From Myxococcota bacterium (GTDB lineage Bacteria > Myxococcota_A > Bradymonadia > UBA7976 > UBA1532), in contig JAYZEG010000058.1 in NCBI GenBank assembly GCA_036337435.1, positions 32,001 through 96,000 on the forward strand: 64,000 bases of DNA. The letters are read 5' to 3'. Shown one piece after another: positions 49,601 through 58,120 of the stretch (positions are counted from its first letter, which is position 1; each line of letters starts with the position of its first letter). The notes beneath the pieces are model-generated. The model saw nothing but the letters and a program-made list of their open reading frames with translations. It had not been told where the DNA came from and did no database searches. The translations under genes and the position numbers were made by a program.

Positions 49601-50250
49601 CATCGAAGACAGCGACCGCAAAAACAGAGAGTGAGGGCGCAAGAGGCGAGGTGGAAAAAGCCAAGCCAAGGCGAACACGCTCAACCGCTAAGAAAACTGA
49701 AACTGCGTCTTCGAAAACGACTCGAAAATCAGCGGCCAAAGCGAAAATCGGGGATGATGTTGACACCAAGACAACTGAATCAAGTGCACCAAAAGCGAAG
49801 AGAACGACGCGGACCAGGGCAGGCGCAGCCGAAACAAGCGGCCCGACGACTCAAACCGTAACGGCGGAAAAAACGTCTCGTCGGAGTTCAGCCAAAGGGA
49901 AAGGCACGGAGACAACCGACGCCGTTGAGGTCAAGCCGACGTCAACACGCCGTACTCGAAAGGCGGCGCCCAAAAAGGCTACTGAATCAGCTGAAAAAAA
50001 CGCGGCTACTAAGAAAACAGCCGCCACTAAGAAAACAACGGCTACTAAGAAAACAGCCGCCACTAAGAAAACAGCGGCCACAAAGAAAACAGCGGCCACT
50101 AAGAAAACAGCCGCCACTAAGAAAACAGCCGCCAAGCCCACATCAAGTAAGACGAAGACATCGAAAAAAACGGTTGAAGGGGATGTACCATCAGGTGATG
50201 AACTCGCCCGTCAGAAAGCCGCGTCTGTCATGGCAACGCTGGGTAAATAA
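46666..50250 (+). CDS. rne: Ribonuclease E (Rne/Rng family) with about 700-aa disordered basic C-terminal region
   Basis: KRMLVNA, GNLYKG, AAFVDYG, KGAALTT, AIDVNSG, VIDFIDM, Zn-link CPMCEGSG; R-rich then K/T/A-rich tail; AAAGGT upstream of ATG. Confidence 0.95.
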   Translation: MSKRMLVNAAQEGEVRVATIENSVLEDLNVATEGNELLKGNLYKGVVVSVESGLQAAFVDYGAERNGFITFNDIHRQYYNKKIKNDGKRLRIQDAIAPGAELLVQVHKEEVGNKGAALTTDITQPGRYLVLMPFSDGGGVSRKIESESARKKLKEIVSKLNVPEPMGVIVRTAGQDRTKAELVKDYEALVRSWGHSQARYEQLKKPGLVYREPDVVIRSIRDYFTDDVSEIVVDNDSVMDRLTDYFERHAPDVVERVKRYRGKMPLFSNYGLEKQLENISSSKVGLPSGGSIVINPTEALIAIDVNSGKSRGQSNQEEMAVQTNLEAAVEAARQLRLRDFGGLVVIDFIDMYENKHRRQVEKKLKEAMKRDKARVEVGRISRFGLLELSRQRVKARLLSSTHNICPMCEGSGYVMSTEVSSITMLRRLQELAVSAPKAASIRGRLPVPVALNLLNLHRASIAEMEANFNVTIEIVPEIGAVSTRDAFEIITRAMTEKQSEEQRNDRRDRRDRGRGRKRSSRGDHQRSEGDRQSRSKGSSGPHSEAEQPYEPPKVVGFLEPEQFNEGADETASSSDEKGNADAIQTAESDKPRDRRRRRGRGRRGGTEQKQQAKSTDSNAANDADRAEQKRLAARERNKARRNARKSRTLEPAQQAPADAATTVQNHHGSTVSEPVDTSAQAQQDRDKKASQNNRRAASRLRNRLVQKVKSTEQTEEASERSVQSDITQEPTRPEKQEKPKSASKAKETAKARLQAKAKAQLGKAQTSAKSEKKNASETQRKTSTKQEETREVIDAKSTNAADLVKAKLKGRTKKTSAPAKSQPDNGRGSTTKTDENNGVASTSGAAASDRAAEVLKAKIAGKIRGASQTDPSVDSQTATKKKSPRGSKSETKAATPSRTKRTPKTTRNTTETGPVKSSEGASAEKPKRTRRTAAAKDKTPADSNTGSAKTTSPQDEAANPKRTRTRRTKTTGASETASTSKTATAKTESEGARGEVEKAKPRRTRSTAKKTETASSKTTRKSAAKAKIGDDVDTKTTESSAPKAKRTTRTRAGAAETSGPTTQTVTAEKTSRRSSAKGKGTETTDAVEVKPTSTRRTRKAAPKKATESAEKNAATKKTAATKKTTATKKTAATKKTAATKKTAATKKTAATKKTAAKPTSSKTKTSKKTVEGDVPSGDELARQKAASVMATLGK
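50002..50127 (+). repeat. Seven 18-bp coding tandem repeats (AATKKT) in the rne tail
   Basis: gc(g/c)gc(t/c)ac(t/a)aagaaaaca units, mostly synonymous variation. Confidence 0.95.
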
Positions 50251-50259
50251 TCCATCCTT

Positions 50260-50317
50260 AACTCATTTCTGGCTCATTGATCTCCGCGTTACGGGAGGTC
50301 AATTAGCCGGTTGAGTT
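50260..50317. terminator. Long imperfect hairpin between convergent rne and Nudix-MBL genes (terminator or processing stem)
   Basis: AACTCA/TGAGTT, CTGGCT/AGCCGG, ATTGA/TCAAT, TCTCC/GGAGG nested stems around a TTA loop. Confidence 0.55.
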
Positions 50318-51667
50318 TATGAGCGTCCACGTTTCATCTGAATTTGGTCGGACGCATCCATCCATCACCAGCTTGTTCAAATGTGCGAGCAAAGATAAAC
50401 CTGCTAACCCACCCTTCGGACCGGAGCGCAACGGCAGGGGTGTATCGGAATAAACCTGCTCAACCAATTGCAGGAAATCGTCGGTCTTTCGCAAGGCATC
50501 TAGAAGACTTTGCTCACGAGCGAGTCGATGGTCGATATATTGATCTAGTTTCTCTATGGAGTTGGCAACATAGGGTCCGTGGCTTGGTAGTAAGCATGTC
50601 GGTGCACGGTCGCGAATTCTTCGCAAACTTTCTAGGTAGGAAGACATGCAGCCCTCAGTTGGTTCGACCAAAATTGATCCGAGTCCAGCCACCATGTCAC
50701 CGACGACCATCACGGCCGACCGCTGCTCGTAAAGACAGATGTGCCCCGGTGCATGCCCGGGTGTAAACAAGACCTCCCAGGCCTGACCATTCTCAAGCTC
50801 GATGACATCACCGTCATCTAGAAATTCATGGACCTCAAAGGCGACTCGATTTGCTGTTTCTCGGTGTGCCCAAATCGGCGCACCATATCGCTCGTGACAG
50901 TCTACCAGACCCCCGATATGGTCTCGATGATGATGGGTTGTAACAAACGCTTTAATCTCGCAACCTGACTGAATCCTATCATCCAAGTATTGGTAGAGAT
51001 CGGCACGGACCGTCGCGTCATATGCGGCAGGCTCAACAACCAGGAGTTCTTTATCTCCTAAAATATAACAGTTGGTATGAGTCGCTGGGGGCAAAGTCGG
51101 CGTTCTCAACGGGATCATCATCATATCGGGCTGAATGGGCGAAAATGTTGGTTCTCGGCCACTCGCTTCAGTGCTTTCAAGTGCTAACGTGGCACCCGAT
51201 ACACCAGCGCTCAGTAAGCCCTTGAGAATGGCTTGCGTGGGTGGAACGAGGCGAACGTTGCCGGACCGCCAGAGAGCCATTGCATCATGGGGCGTAATCC
51301 AACACCCATCAACCAGCTCATGACCGGGCACCACGTCTCGGAATACATCGGTATCGACCCACAGAGCATAAAAATGGGTTTCGAGGGGATAGACCAAATA
51401 TGGAGGCGTAATCCAGCGACCCAAGTACTCTAGTTTGTGCACAGACGAAGAGATGTCAGCCCCTGTCTCTTCCATAACTTCACGGATCAAACATGCCTTT
51501 AGACGCTGGTCTTTATCATCGAATGTGTCCGTCTCCGTGGAATCGACGAGTCCGCCAGGGAAAACATTGAAACTGGCCAAGAATGGCGCGGTTGGCCCCC
51601 GTCTCGCCCAGTAAATCATCGGGTTCTCTGGGTCTTTTAGTACAATTAAGGATGTAGCTAACCTCAA
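50303..51667 (-). CDS. Nudix plus metallo-beta-lactamase (LACTB2-like) fusion hydrolase
   Basis: VFPGG..D...REVMEETG and WITP (NUDT19-like); TLPPATHTNCY, THHHRDH, TPGHAPGH, GDM, PSHG; C-terminal winged-helix-like AHLNKL..G. Confidence 0.9.
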   Translation of the reverse strand: MRLATSLIVLKDPENPMIYWARRGPTAPFLASFNVFPGGLVDSTETDTFDDKDQRLKACLIREVMEETGADISSSVHKLEYLGRWITPPYLVYPLETHFYALWVDTDVFRDVVPGHELVDGCWITPHDAMALWRSGNVRLVPPTQAILKGLLSAGVSGATLALESTEASGREPTFSPIQPDMMMIPLRTPTLPPATHTNCYILGDKELLVVEPAAYDATVRADLYQYLDDRIQSGCEIKAFVTTHHHRDHIGGLVDCHERYGAPIWAHRETANRVAFEVHEFLDDGDVIELENGQAWEVLFTPGHAPGHICLYEQRSAVMVVGDMVAGLGSILVEPTEGCMSSYLESLRRIRDRAPTCLLPSHGPYVANSIEKLDQYIDHRLAREQSLLDALRKTDDFLQLVEQVYSDTPLPLRSGPKGGLAGLSLLAHLNKLVMDGCVRPNSDETWTLINSTG

Positions 51668-51816
51668 AACTCAGCCCCCATTTAGTTTTTTTGGTCGATG
51701 AAAGCCCAATCCAGAATTTTGACGATTAAAATCTTGGATGGTGGATAACCAGACAAGTATGGCCCCAATTGCTTTCTTTTTCAAAAGCTGGACAGTTTTT
51801 CAATTGCCGTTAAGCT

Positions 51817-52662
51817 GTGTATGTGGATACCAAACCTTATGATTTTGCCTTAAACGCAGCATCGTTTTTAACGAGTCGAGCAGACGCACCAGATTGCGCG
51901 GTCGTGCTCGGCAGTGGTCTAGGTGCATTCGCAGAACAACTTGTCGAACCAGACGTGATTTCCTATGGAGAAATTCCTGGTTTCCCCAAGGTCGGTGTTG
52001 CAGGTCATGCGGGACAACTGGTCGTGGGTCGGGTGGGACAAGACGGACCAAGGGTTGCAGCCCTTTCCGGCCGCGTTCATCTCTACGAGGGACACGACCC
52101 CAACCTAATCGTCCATCCGGTACGAACGCTGTCCCTCTGGGGCGTGAATACAATCGTTTTTACCAATGCAGCGGGCGCGATTCACACGCACCTCAAGCCG
52201 GGCGATCTTATGCTCATCAGCGATCACATTAATCTGACCGGACTGAATCCGTTGACCGGGCACAACGATGAGCGACTTGGTACCCGCTTCCCTGACATGA
52301 GTTACGCATATGACCGACACGTGACATCTTGTTTTCAGGACATCGCAAAAGAACAGAACATCCATGTCGGAGTTGGAGTTTACGCGGGGTTAAAGGGACC
52401 CTCGTATGAAACGCCTGCCGAAATTAGGATGCTGGGCACCATCGGTGCTGATGCCGTCGGGATGTCGACTGTTTGTGAAGTCATTGCGGCACGACATATG
52501 GGTATGACCGTGGCTGGTATTTCATGTATTACCAATTATGCAGCAGGGCTTTCGGACGATTTACTGGACCATTCTGAGGTGAAGGCAACAGCAGATATGG
52601 CGCGAAACAAATTCCTGAAGCTTCTCAATGGCGGCATCAAACGGATTCTGACCAAAGAATAA
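51817..52662 (+). CDS. punA: Purine-nucleoside phosphorylase (trimeric PNP type)
   Basis: VLGSGLG, GHAG, GRVHLYEG, TNAAG, DHIN, GPSYETPAE, VGMSTV.E, TNYAAG. Confidence 0.95.
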   Translation: MYVDTKPYDFALNAASFLTSRADAPDCAVVLGSGLGAFAEQLVEPDVISYGEIPGFPKVGVAGHAGQLVVGRVGQDGPRVAALSGRVHLYEGHDPNLIVHPVRTLSLWGVNTIVFTNAAGAIHTHLKPGDLMLISDHINLTGLNPLTGHNDERLGTRFPDMSYAYDRHVTSCFQDIAKEQNIHVGVGVYAGLKGPSYETPAEIRMLGTIGADAVGMSTVCEVIAARHMGMTVAGISCITNYAAGLSDDLLDHSEVKATADMARNKFLKLLNGGIKRILTKE

Positions 52663-52695
52663 AGCCCACTAAAAATGGGCTTCGGAGCCTTCGTT

Positions 52696-53031
52696 ATGAG
52701 CACTATTTTCAGTAAAATAATAGCGGGTGAAATTCCGTCAGACCAGGTCTACTCCGATGACCTATGTGTCGCTTTTCGAGATATTAACCCGGCCGCACCT
52801 GTCCATATTTTAGTCATTCCAAGACAAGAGATCGCACAGCTAAACCACATGACCGAAGACGACGAAGAACTGGTTGGGCATTTAATGCGTGTCGCTGGGA
52901 TAGTCGCACGACAAGAGGGCTATGACGACTTCCGCGTGATCGTGAATAATGGTGCTGGCGCGGGCCAAACTGTTTTTCATCTGCACCTACACGTCATCGC
53001 AGGACGCTCCCTGAGTTGGCCTCCAGGATGA
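52696..53031 (+). CDS. hinT: Histidine triad nucleotide-binding protein
   Basis: TIFSKII, AFRDINP.AP.HILVIP, GQTVFHLHLH, WPPG. Start ATG 52696. Confidence 0.95.
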   Translation: MSTIFSKIIAGEIPSDQVYSDDLCVAFRDINPAAPVHILVIPRQEIAQLNHMTEDDEELVGHLMRVAGIVARQEGYDDFRVIVNNGAGAGQTVFHLHLHVIAGRSLSWPPG

Positions 53032-53033
53032 AA

Positions 53034-53879
53034 TTAGCCGTCGATACTCACAAGAGAGCCGTCTTCTGCACTGCTCTTACAAGCTTGTGTGTCAAGGTCG
53101 GTCGCAGTTGTCCGACTTGAACTGAGTGTTGGATCTAGTAAATGGGTCGGTCTCACATTCTTTAAAGACGCCAACATAACATCTCGAACATTGGGTATTT
53201 GCTCTTCAAGTTGATCTAAAAGATCCCCCATTTTGACCCGTTGTAGTCCCGCCTGAGACCCACACAAATTACAGGGTAAAATTGGAAAAGCTCTCTTCTG
53301 CGAATAGGTTTCTATATCGTTTTCTGCGCATTCGATGAGAGGTCTAATCACCTGGAATCGGCCATCGTCGGTCGTATAGACAGGCGGCATAGCTTGGAGT
53401 TTCCCAGAGAAAAACATGTTCATCATGACGGTCTCAAGGGTGTCATCTCTATGGTGGCCAAGCGCGATTTTGTTGCAGCCAAGGCGCTCTGCTGTCGTAT
53501 ACAGGATGCCACGCCGTAACCGAGAACATGGCGCACAAAAGGTGCCACCTGGCTTAGTCAATTCCAACACAACTGAATATGTATCCTGGCGCACGATTTC
53601 ATAGGGGCAGTTGAAGTTTTCAAGCCAATTCTCGAGGGGGCGGCCGTCATATCCGGGTTGATTCTGGTCAAGGTGAACGGCAATCAATTCGAACTTAAAA
53701 GGCGACCGTTTCTGAACGCCGCATAGTAAATCAAGCATGGTGTAGCTGTCTTTACCACCAGACACCCCAACCATAATTTTATCACCCGGTTCTATAAGTT
53801 GAAAACCCTTAATCGTCCTCATCATTCGCCGAGTAAGTCGTCGACGCAAGGTCTCAATATCTTCGGATTGATTCTTCAT
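53034..53879 (-). CDS. ttcA: tRNA 2-thiocytidine(32) synthetase TtcA
   Basis: SGGKDS, CAPCSRLRRG, LGHHRDD, IRPL, PCNLCGSQ. Confidence 0.96.
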   Translation of the reverse strand: MKNQSEDIETLRRRLTRRMMRTIKGFQLIEPGDKIMVGVSGGKDSYTMLDLLCGVQKRSPFKFELIAVHLDQNQPGYDGRPLENWLENFNCPYEIVRQDTYSVVLELTKPGGTFCAPCSRLRRGILYTTAERLGCNKIALGHHRDDTLETVMMNMFFSGKLQAMPPVYTTDDGRFQVIRPLIECAENDIETYSQKRAFPILPCNLCGSQAGLQRVKMGDLLDQLEEQIPNVRDVMLASLKNVRPTHLLDPTLSSSRTTATDLDTQACKSSAEDGSLVSIDG

Positions 53880-53971
53880 TTCTACCCATTCTTAGCGCGG
53901 TAGGTAAGCTGTGCGAGTATTCATAATCTGAGCAATAAAGCAAGGTACAGGCGTCTAGGGAGAGGCTAGGA

Positions 53972-55306
53972 TCAGTGGATACAGGGCGTCAGGCATCTAC
54001 GCTTTAGATTCTTTTGGTACAATTGAAATCCAGGCCATGGCGGTTCCGAAAGTCCTAAATGGCTGTACCAGTCAGGGGAACACAAATCCCCAATTCTAAA
54101 TGCACGTCCAGTCCAGCTGCCCTCCAGAGTAATTGGCCTTAATTCGGGTATGCACCAGTTCCGCCTCATTGTTGATAGAGCAACTAAATTCCATAGCCCC
54201 TCTTTCAAAATCACCTCCCGCTTAGGTCTCTGGCCATCTCCAATAGATGCATGATTAAGCCTGATGTAGGGATCATGGCGGGCATAGAGGGGCGGAATAA
54301 GAAGAGAGTTGTAACAATCTCTATCAATACGGAGATTGCTGAGCATCGCAGCAGCGTGTTGATATTGTAGGCCAAAATAGGGCGTTAATCCGTGTCCAAT
54401 CCAAAAAATAAAAATGAGTTTCACGTAAATCGGCTCTGGTTTGAGTTGGACCAAATGCCCTGAAGGCTTCTCGAGGATCAGGCCAATAGACAAGGTGACA
54501 GAGCCAAAGAACAAGGCCGCTTTTAAAACGGTCATCACACTTGGAATCTGCTGACTGAGCAAACCCTCAACGGCGATTAAGGACGCGATTGAAACGGATA
54601 AAACCGTCTTTCTTCTGCAAATCAAGTGACGGATCAAGACCATCTGACGACCATTTAAGGTAGCGCAATAACCGCTGAGCATGACCAAACCGAAGGCGGG
54701 TGCAAGCGTCACCGTGAGACCCCAATGAAAGAGGCAGCCAACAGGCCAAACCAAAAGGCTTCGACGCACTATCAAAACGCCGATTATACATTCGATTCCA
54801 ATGACCAAAATCGACAATTCCACGCCAAGGTCAGTCGGTAAAGAAGCCCATTGCCAATGGGAATCGAGCTGGCGAAGTGCATGATGGGCGCAACTAATTT
54901 CTGGGTTGAAGAAATCGCGATTCATTTTGTGTAAAGCAGCAAGCCAATAGGTGCCGGCCGTCAGCCATCGAACAATAGCCATGAGCTCAATGCGGTGTAC
55001 CACTGTTGCCATGCAGGAGAAAAATCCAACCCAAGTGAGATACATGGATTGCGTGAGCACATCTCTCAAGAAAAAGAGGGGATAAAGAGTACCGAGTGTA
55101 CAGAGAAGAAAACCCCATGCGGTCGGTCTCCACAAAAGTAATAATGCGCCAACTGTTTCAACGATTTGGGGTGCAGCCCAACCGGGCTGTTCAAAGTCGG
55201 GTAGGCAAACATGGATGAGACTACCGACTGCAAATGCACGTGCCCACCAACGCAATTTATCGTGCGTCAAGAGCCATGCGGGAGAGAATGTATGAGTTAG
55301 AGCCAT
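53972..55306 (-). CDS. HTTM-domain-like multi-TM membrane protein
   Basis: AALHKMNRDFFNPEISCA and PYFGL....AMLSNLR motifs; many TM segments. Confidence 0.7.
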   Translation of the reverse strand: MALTHTFSPAWLLTHDKLRWWARAFAVGSLIHVCLPDFEQPGWAAPQIVETVGALLLLWRPTAWGFLLCTLGTLYPLFFLRDVLTQSMYLTWVGFFSCMATVVHRIELMAIVRWLTAGTYWLAALHKMNRDFFNPEISCAHHALRQLDSHWQWASLPTDLGVELSILVIGIECIIGVLIVRRSLLVWPVGCLFHWGLTVTLAPAFGLVMLSGYCATLNGRQMVLIRHLICRRKTVLSVSIASLIAVEGLLSQQIPSVMTVLKAALFFGSVTLSIGLILEKPSGHLVQLKPEPIYVKLIFIFWIGHGLTPYFGLQYQHAAAMLSNLRIDRDCYNSLLIPPLYARHDPYIRLNHASIGDGQRPKREVILKEGLWNLVALSTMRRNWCIPELRPITLEGSWTGRAFRIGDLCSPDWYSHLGLSEPPWPGFQLYQKNLKRRCLTPCIH

Positions 55307-55355
55307 GAAATGCTTATACTGCGACCGACACGATTGACGATAGGGGTCTCGGCCT

Positions 55356-55865
55356 ATGGATGATCAGTTTATCTCCGTTGGAACAGCAGTTATCACCGTT
55401 TCGGACACCCGCTCGATGGAGACCGATGCATCGGGGGCTTATGCACAAGCCACATTAGAGGACATGGGTCATCGAGTGCTCCATCGGCGGATCATCAAAG
55501 ATGAGGTGGCAGCAATTCGATCTGAAATCGAGTTCTGTCAGCAACGGCAAGATATCTTCATTGTGATACTCACAGGCGGGACGGGCATCACGCGACGCGA
55601 TGTGACACCGGATGCTATCCGTTCAATGGCAACCAAACACATACCGGGGTTTGGAGAACTCTTTCGCATGCTGAGCTACTCAGATATCGGAAGTTCTACA
55701 GTCCAATCGAGAGCAGAGGCTTGGTTGTGTGACACCGTCCTTGTGTTTACTCTTCCAGGCTCGACTGGCGCCGTGAAGCTTGCATTCGAGAAGATTCTGG
55801 TGGAACAGCTTGATGCGCGCACTCGGCCGTGTAACTTCATCCGACTGAGAGACCGGATCATTTAA
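55356..55865 (+). CDS. moaB: Molybdenum cofactor biosynthesis protein MoaB/MogA
   Basis: [31 protein letters not shown]. Confidence 0.93.
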   Translation: MDDQFISVGTAVITVSDTRSMETDASGAYAQATLEDMGHRVLHRRIIKDEVAAIRSEIEFCQQRQDIFIVILTGGTGITRRDVTPDAIRSMATKHIPGFGELFRMLSYSDIGSSTVQSRAEAWLCDTVLVFTLPGSTGAVKLAFEKILVEQLDARTRPCNFIRLRDRII

Positions 55866-55901
55866 TGACGGGTCGGGCGGAGAGCATCCGCGAGCTGTCT
55901 G

Positions 55902-57386
55902 CTACCGTTTGGAATCGTATGACTTGGACCCTTTCTTGGAGCGTATTCTTGGCGTTCTTGATTTTCGGCTCGCTCGTCTCTTTTTGTTGATCATGTCAAG
56001 CATGTCTTGCGCCCGAGTTGCATAGGGTGAGTTCTTACCAGAAAGTCGGATCAGGTAGCGACGTGCTGCCGAAAATTGCCCGAGTGAGTGGTGACAGGTT
56101 GCCAACTGAAAATACGCGTATTGCTTTTGTGCGCTCGATAGTTTTTTTCCACCATCGTCCAAATATTGCTTCCAAATTGTAATCGCTTGGCGATATTGGC
56201 CACCGGCCACAGCTTGGGTGCCCGACGCCGCGAGCGCCGCCAACGATCGACCCCGATCTGTGCGACCAAGAACTGCGCTTCCTGCCTCGCCTTTAGCCGA
56301 ATTGACACTCGGACCCCGGCTCGACCGAGACGAGGGCTCTGAAGACCGACGAAGCCCGTCTGCACTTTCCGAGTCAACGTTGCCGCGCCCCGAGGCTTCC
56401 TTTGAGGGTGCCAATTCTGGCCTACCGTCCTCGAGGGGGATGGACACGGATGCCGATGGTGCGGGCGGTGGAGCAAATCTTTGGGGGCTCCCCTTTCTCG
56501 TGCCTGTTTTCTGTTTGGGTGACTTGACGCCCAAGATACCCGTCATTGGTGCTGCGCCCGGAGCGGTGGCATTCGATTGTCCTGCAGGGACACTGCGAGC
56601 GGCTGCTTTCTTGGCCTTTCGCACTCGTTTTTTTGCACGAGAGCGGACCGATTTGGTCGGTTCATAAGACCGTTCTTGACCAAGCTCGGTTTCGTCAATC
56701 GCTGTATCTAATTCTAGCGACGCTTCAGCGTTAGCAGCCAGTGCAGCGGCCGGAGCGTCTAATTCTCCAATAGGAGAGCGAGCCAAGCGATTTGAGTTCC
56801 TGGAGGGTCTGGGTGTGCGAGCTGCTCGTGCTTTTGTTTCTTCTTCAGAACTGGTCTGTAACGCTGGTTTCGCGGCGGCACCCACCTGTTTTGCCTTACC
56901 GGCAGGACGAGCTGCCGGTTTCGCGGCGGGCAAGGCGGGCGGCTTTGATTTGGCGGCAGGGCGACCTGACGGTTTCGCGGCGGGTAAAGCGGACGGCTTC
57001 ATCTCGCCTACGAGCACGGTCCCATCCCCTTCCTGTAAACCATCTTTAAAGATGGAAAAGACAGCACCGCCGATAATAAACAGACCCAAAGCCGCGAATG
57101 CAGGATTTTGGAGCAGCATGAAGAAACGCTCAAAAAGGCCGGGGCCTTTGTCTGCAGATGCTTGTTGTCGAGCCACTCGAAGAATTTCGTAATGAACAGC
57201 TGGATCCGGTTCCTCCAACGGTAATTCATCCATCACGGCATAAACGTGATTCCAATCGTCGTAAGTCTCTTTCAGTTCAGCATTGGCCTCAAGCTCTTGG
57301 CGTAGAGCATCAGCCTCATCATGCTTAAGTTCGCCGTAAAGAAGCTCGACCAGGCGGTTTTCCATATCTTGCTTGCTGTCAGACAT
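55902..57386 (-). CDS. Putative anti-sigma factor (N-terminal ASD, TM, long A/P/K/R linker, C-terminal TPR)
   Basis: LVELLYGEL..E ASD-like start without the HxxxCxxC ligands; TM segment; TPR-like end (AYFQLATCHHSLG); directly downstream of the ECF sigma. Confidence 0.75.
   Translation of the reverse strand: MSDSKQDMENRLVELLYGELKHDEADALRQELEANAELKETYDDWNHVYAVMDELPLEEPDPAVHYEILRVARQQASADKGPGLFERFFMLLQNPAFAALGLFIIGGAVFSIFKDGLQEGDGTVLVGEMKPSALPAAKPSGRPAAKSKPPALPAAKPAARPAGKAKQVGAAAKPALQTSSEEETKARAARTPRPSRNSNRLARSPIGELDAPAAALAANAEASLELDTAIDETELGQERSYEPTKSVRSRAKKRVRKAKKAAARSVPAGQSNATAPGAAPMTGILGVKSPKQKTGTRKGSPQRFAPPPAPSASVSIPLEDGRPELAPSKEASGRGNVDSESADGLRRSSEPSSRSSRGPSVNSAKGEAGSAVLGRTDRGRSLAALAASGTQAVAGGQYRQAITIWKQYLDDGGKKLSSAQKQYAYFQLATCHHSLGQFSAARRYLIRLSGKNSPYATRAQDMLDMINKKRRASRKSRTPRIRSKKGSKSYDSKR
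56901..56999 (-). repeat. Imperfect 54-bp coding tandem repeat (KP.ALPAAKP..RPA) in the anti-sigma linker
   Basis: Units start at 56901 and 56955 on the + strand. Confidence 0.75.
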
Positions 57387-57415
57387 GTGTTCCCACCTCG
57401 AACGGTCTTCGATAT

Positions 57416-58042
57416 TTATTGTTCCGAAGCATAATCCGCCAATAATTCTCTCAAGTTCTCAAATGCGTATCGCATCCGACTCTTAATAGTGTTCTCAGAC
57501 GTGCCAAGCAATTCGGCGATTTCCCGAAAACGCATCTGATCGACATGTCTCAGTACAAAAACCTCACGCTGTTTGTCGTTAAGACGCTCCAAAGCGGCGA
57601 TGAGTCGCTCTTGTAATTGAGATGAGCTAACCGCTTTGTACCCATCATCATGACTCCCCGCGATTCTATCTTTTGCTGCAAATCCACCGTCTCCACGGCT
57701 GGAACTCTGTTCGAAACTCACGCCACCAGAACGCACACGATCTTTGCGGAGCTGATCGATACAAAGGTTTCTAGCGATCGTATAAAGCCATGTCTTGAAC
57801 TTAGCCCGCCTATCATACCTATCTGCGTTTTTGACAACTTTGAGAAAAGTCTCTTGCAAGAGATCATTGGCTCTTTCGCGCGTCCCTACGTACCGCAAGA
57901 TATAATTGAAGAGCTTTCGCTCATAACGCTTTAGCAGCGTCTCAAATGCATCCACATCTCCATCCCGATATCTTTCGATAAGCGTCTCGTCTGAAACTTG
58001 ATCAAATGAATCCCCGAGGACCATCAGGATAAAGCTCAGCAT
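57416..58042 (-). CDS. ECF RNA polymerase sigma factor
   Basis: SDETLI..GD.DAF, DLLQETF, FKTWLYTIARN, REVFVL, EIAELLG..NTIKSR. Confidence 0.95.
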   Translation of the reverse strand: MLSFILMVLGDSFDQVSDETLIERYRDGDVDAFETLLKRYERKLFNYILRYVGTRERANDLLQETFLKVVKNADRYDRRAKFKTWLYTIARNLCIDQLRKDRVRSGGVSFEQSSSRGDGGFAAKDRIAGSHDDGYKAVSSSQLQERLIAALERLNDKQREVFVLRHVDQMRFREIAELLGTSENTIKSRMRYAFENLRELLADYASEQ

Positions 58043-58058
58043 TTGACTGTCCCCACTT

Positions 58059-58087
58059 TATACGTGCGACAAATCAGCATGGGTCTA
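58059..58087 (-). promoter_or_regulatory. Candidate ECF-type autoregulatory promoter
   Basis: Minus strand TAGACC-17 nt-CGTATA just upstream of the GTGGGG RBS; CGT-containing -10 elements are typical of ECF promoters. Confidence 0.35.
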
Positions 58088-58120
58088 ATGGAGATCATTT
58101 TTTCAGGATTAATCCTTTGA

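Noticed and set aside
50002..50127. CRISPR-like or non-coding repeat array
   Set aside because: Units are contiguous, in frame and without spacers, with mostly synonymous variation; no cas genes. The same applies to the repeats at 45557 and 56901.
51740..51748. DnaA box or replication origin
   Set aside because: A single 8/9 match (TTATCCACC on the minus strand), no cluster and no dnaA/dnaN context.
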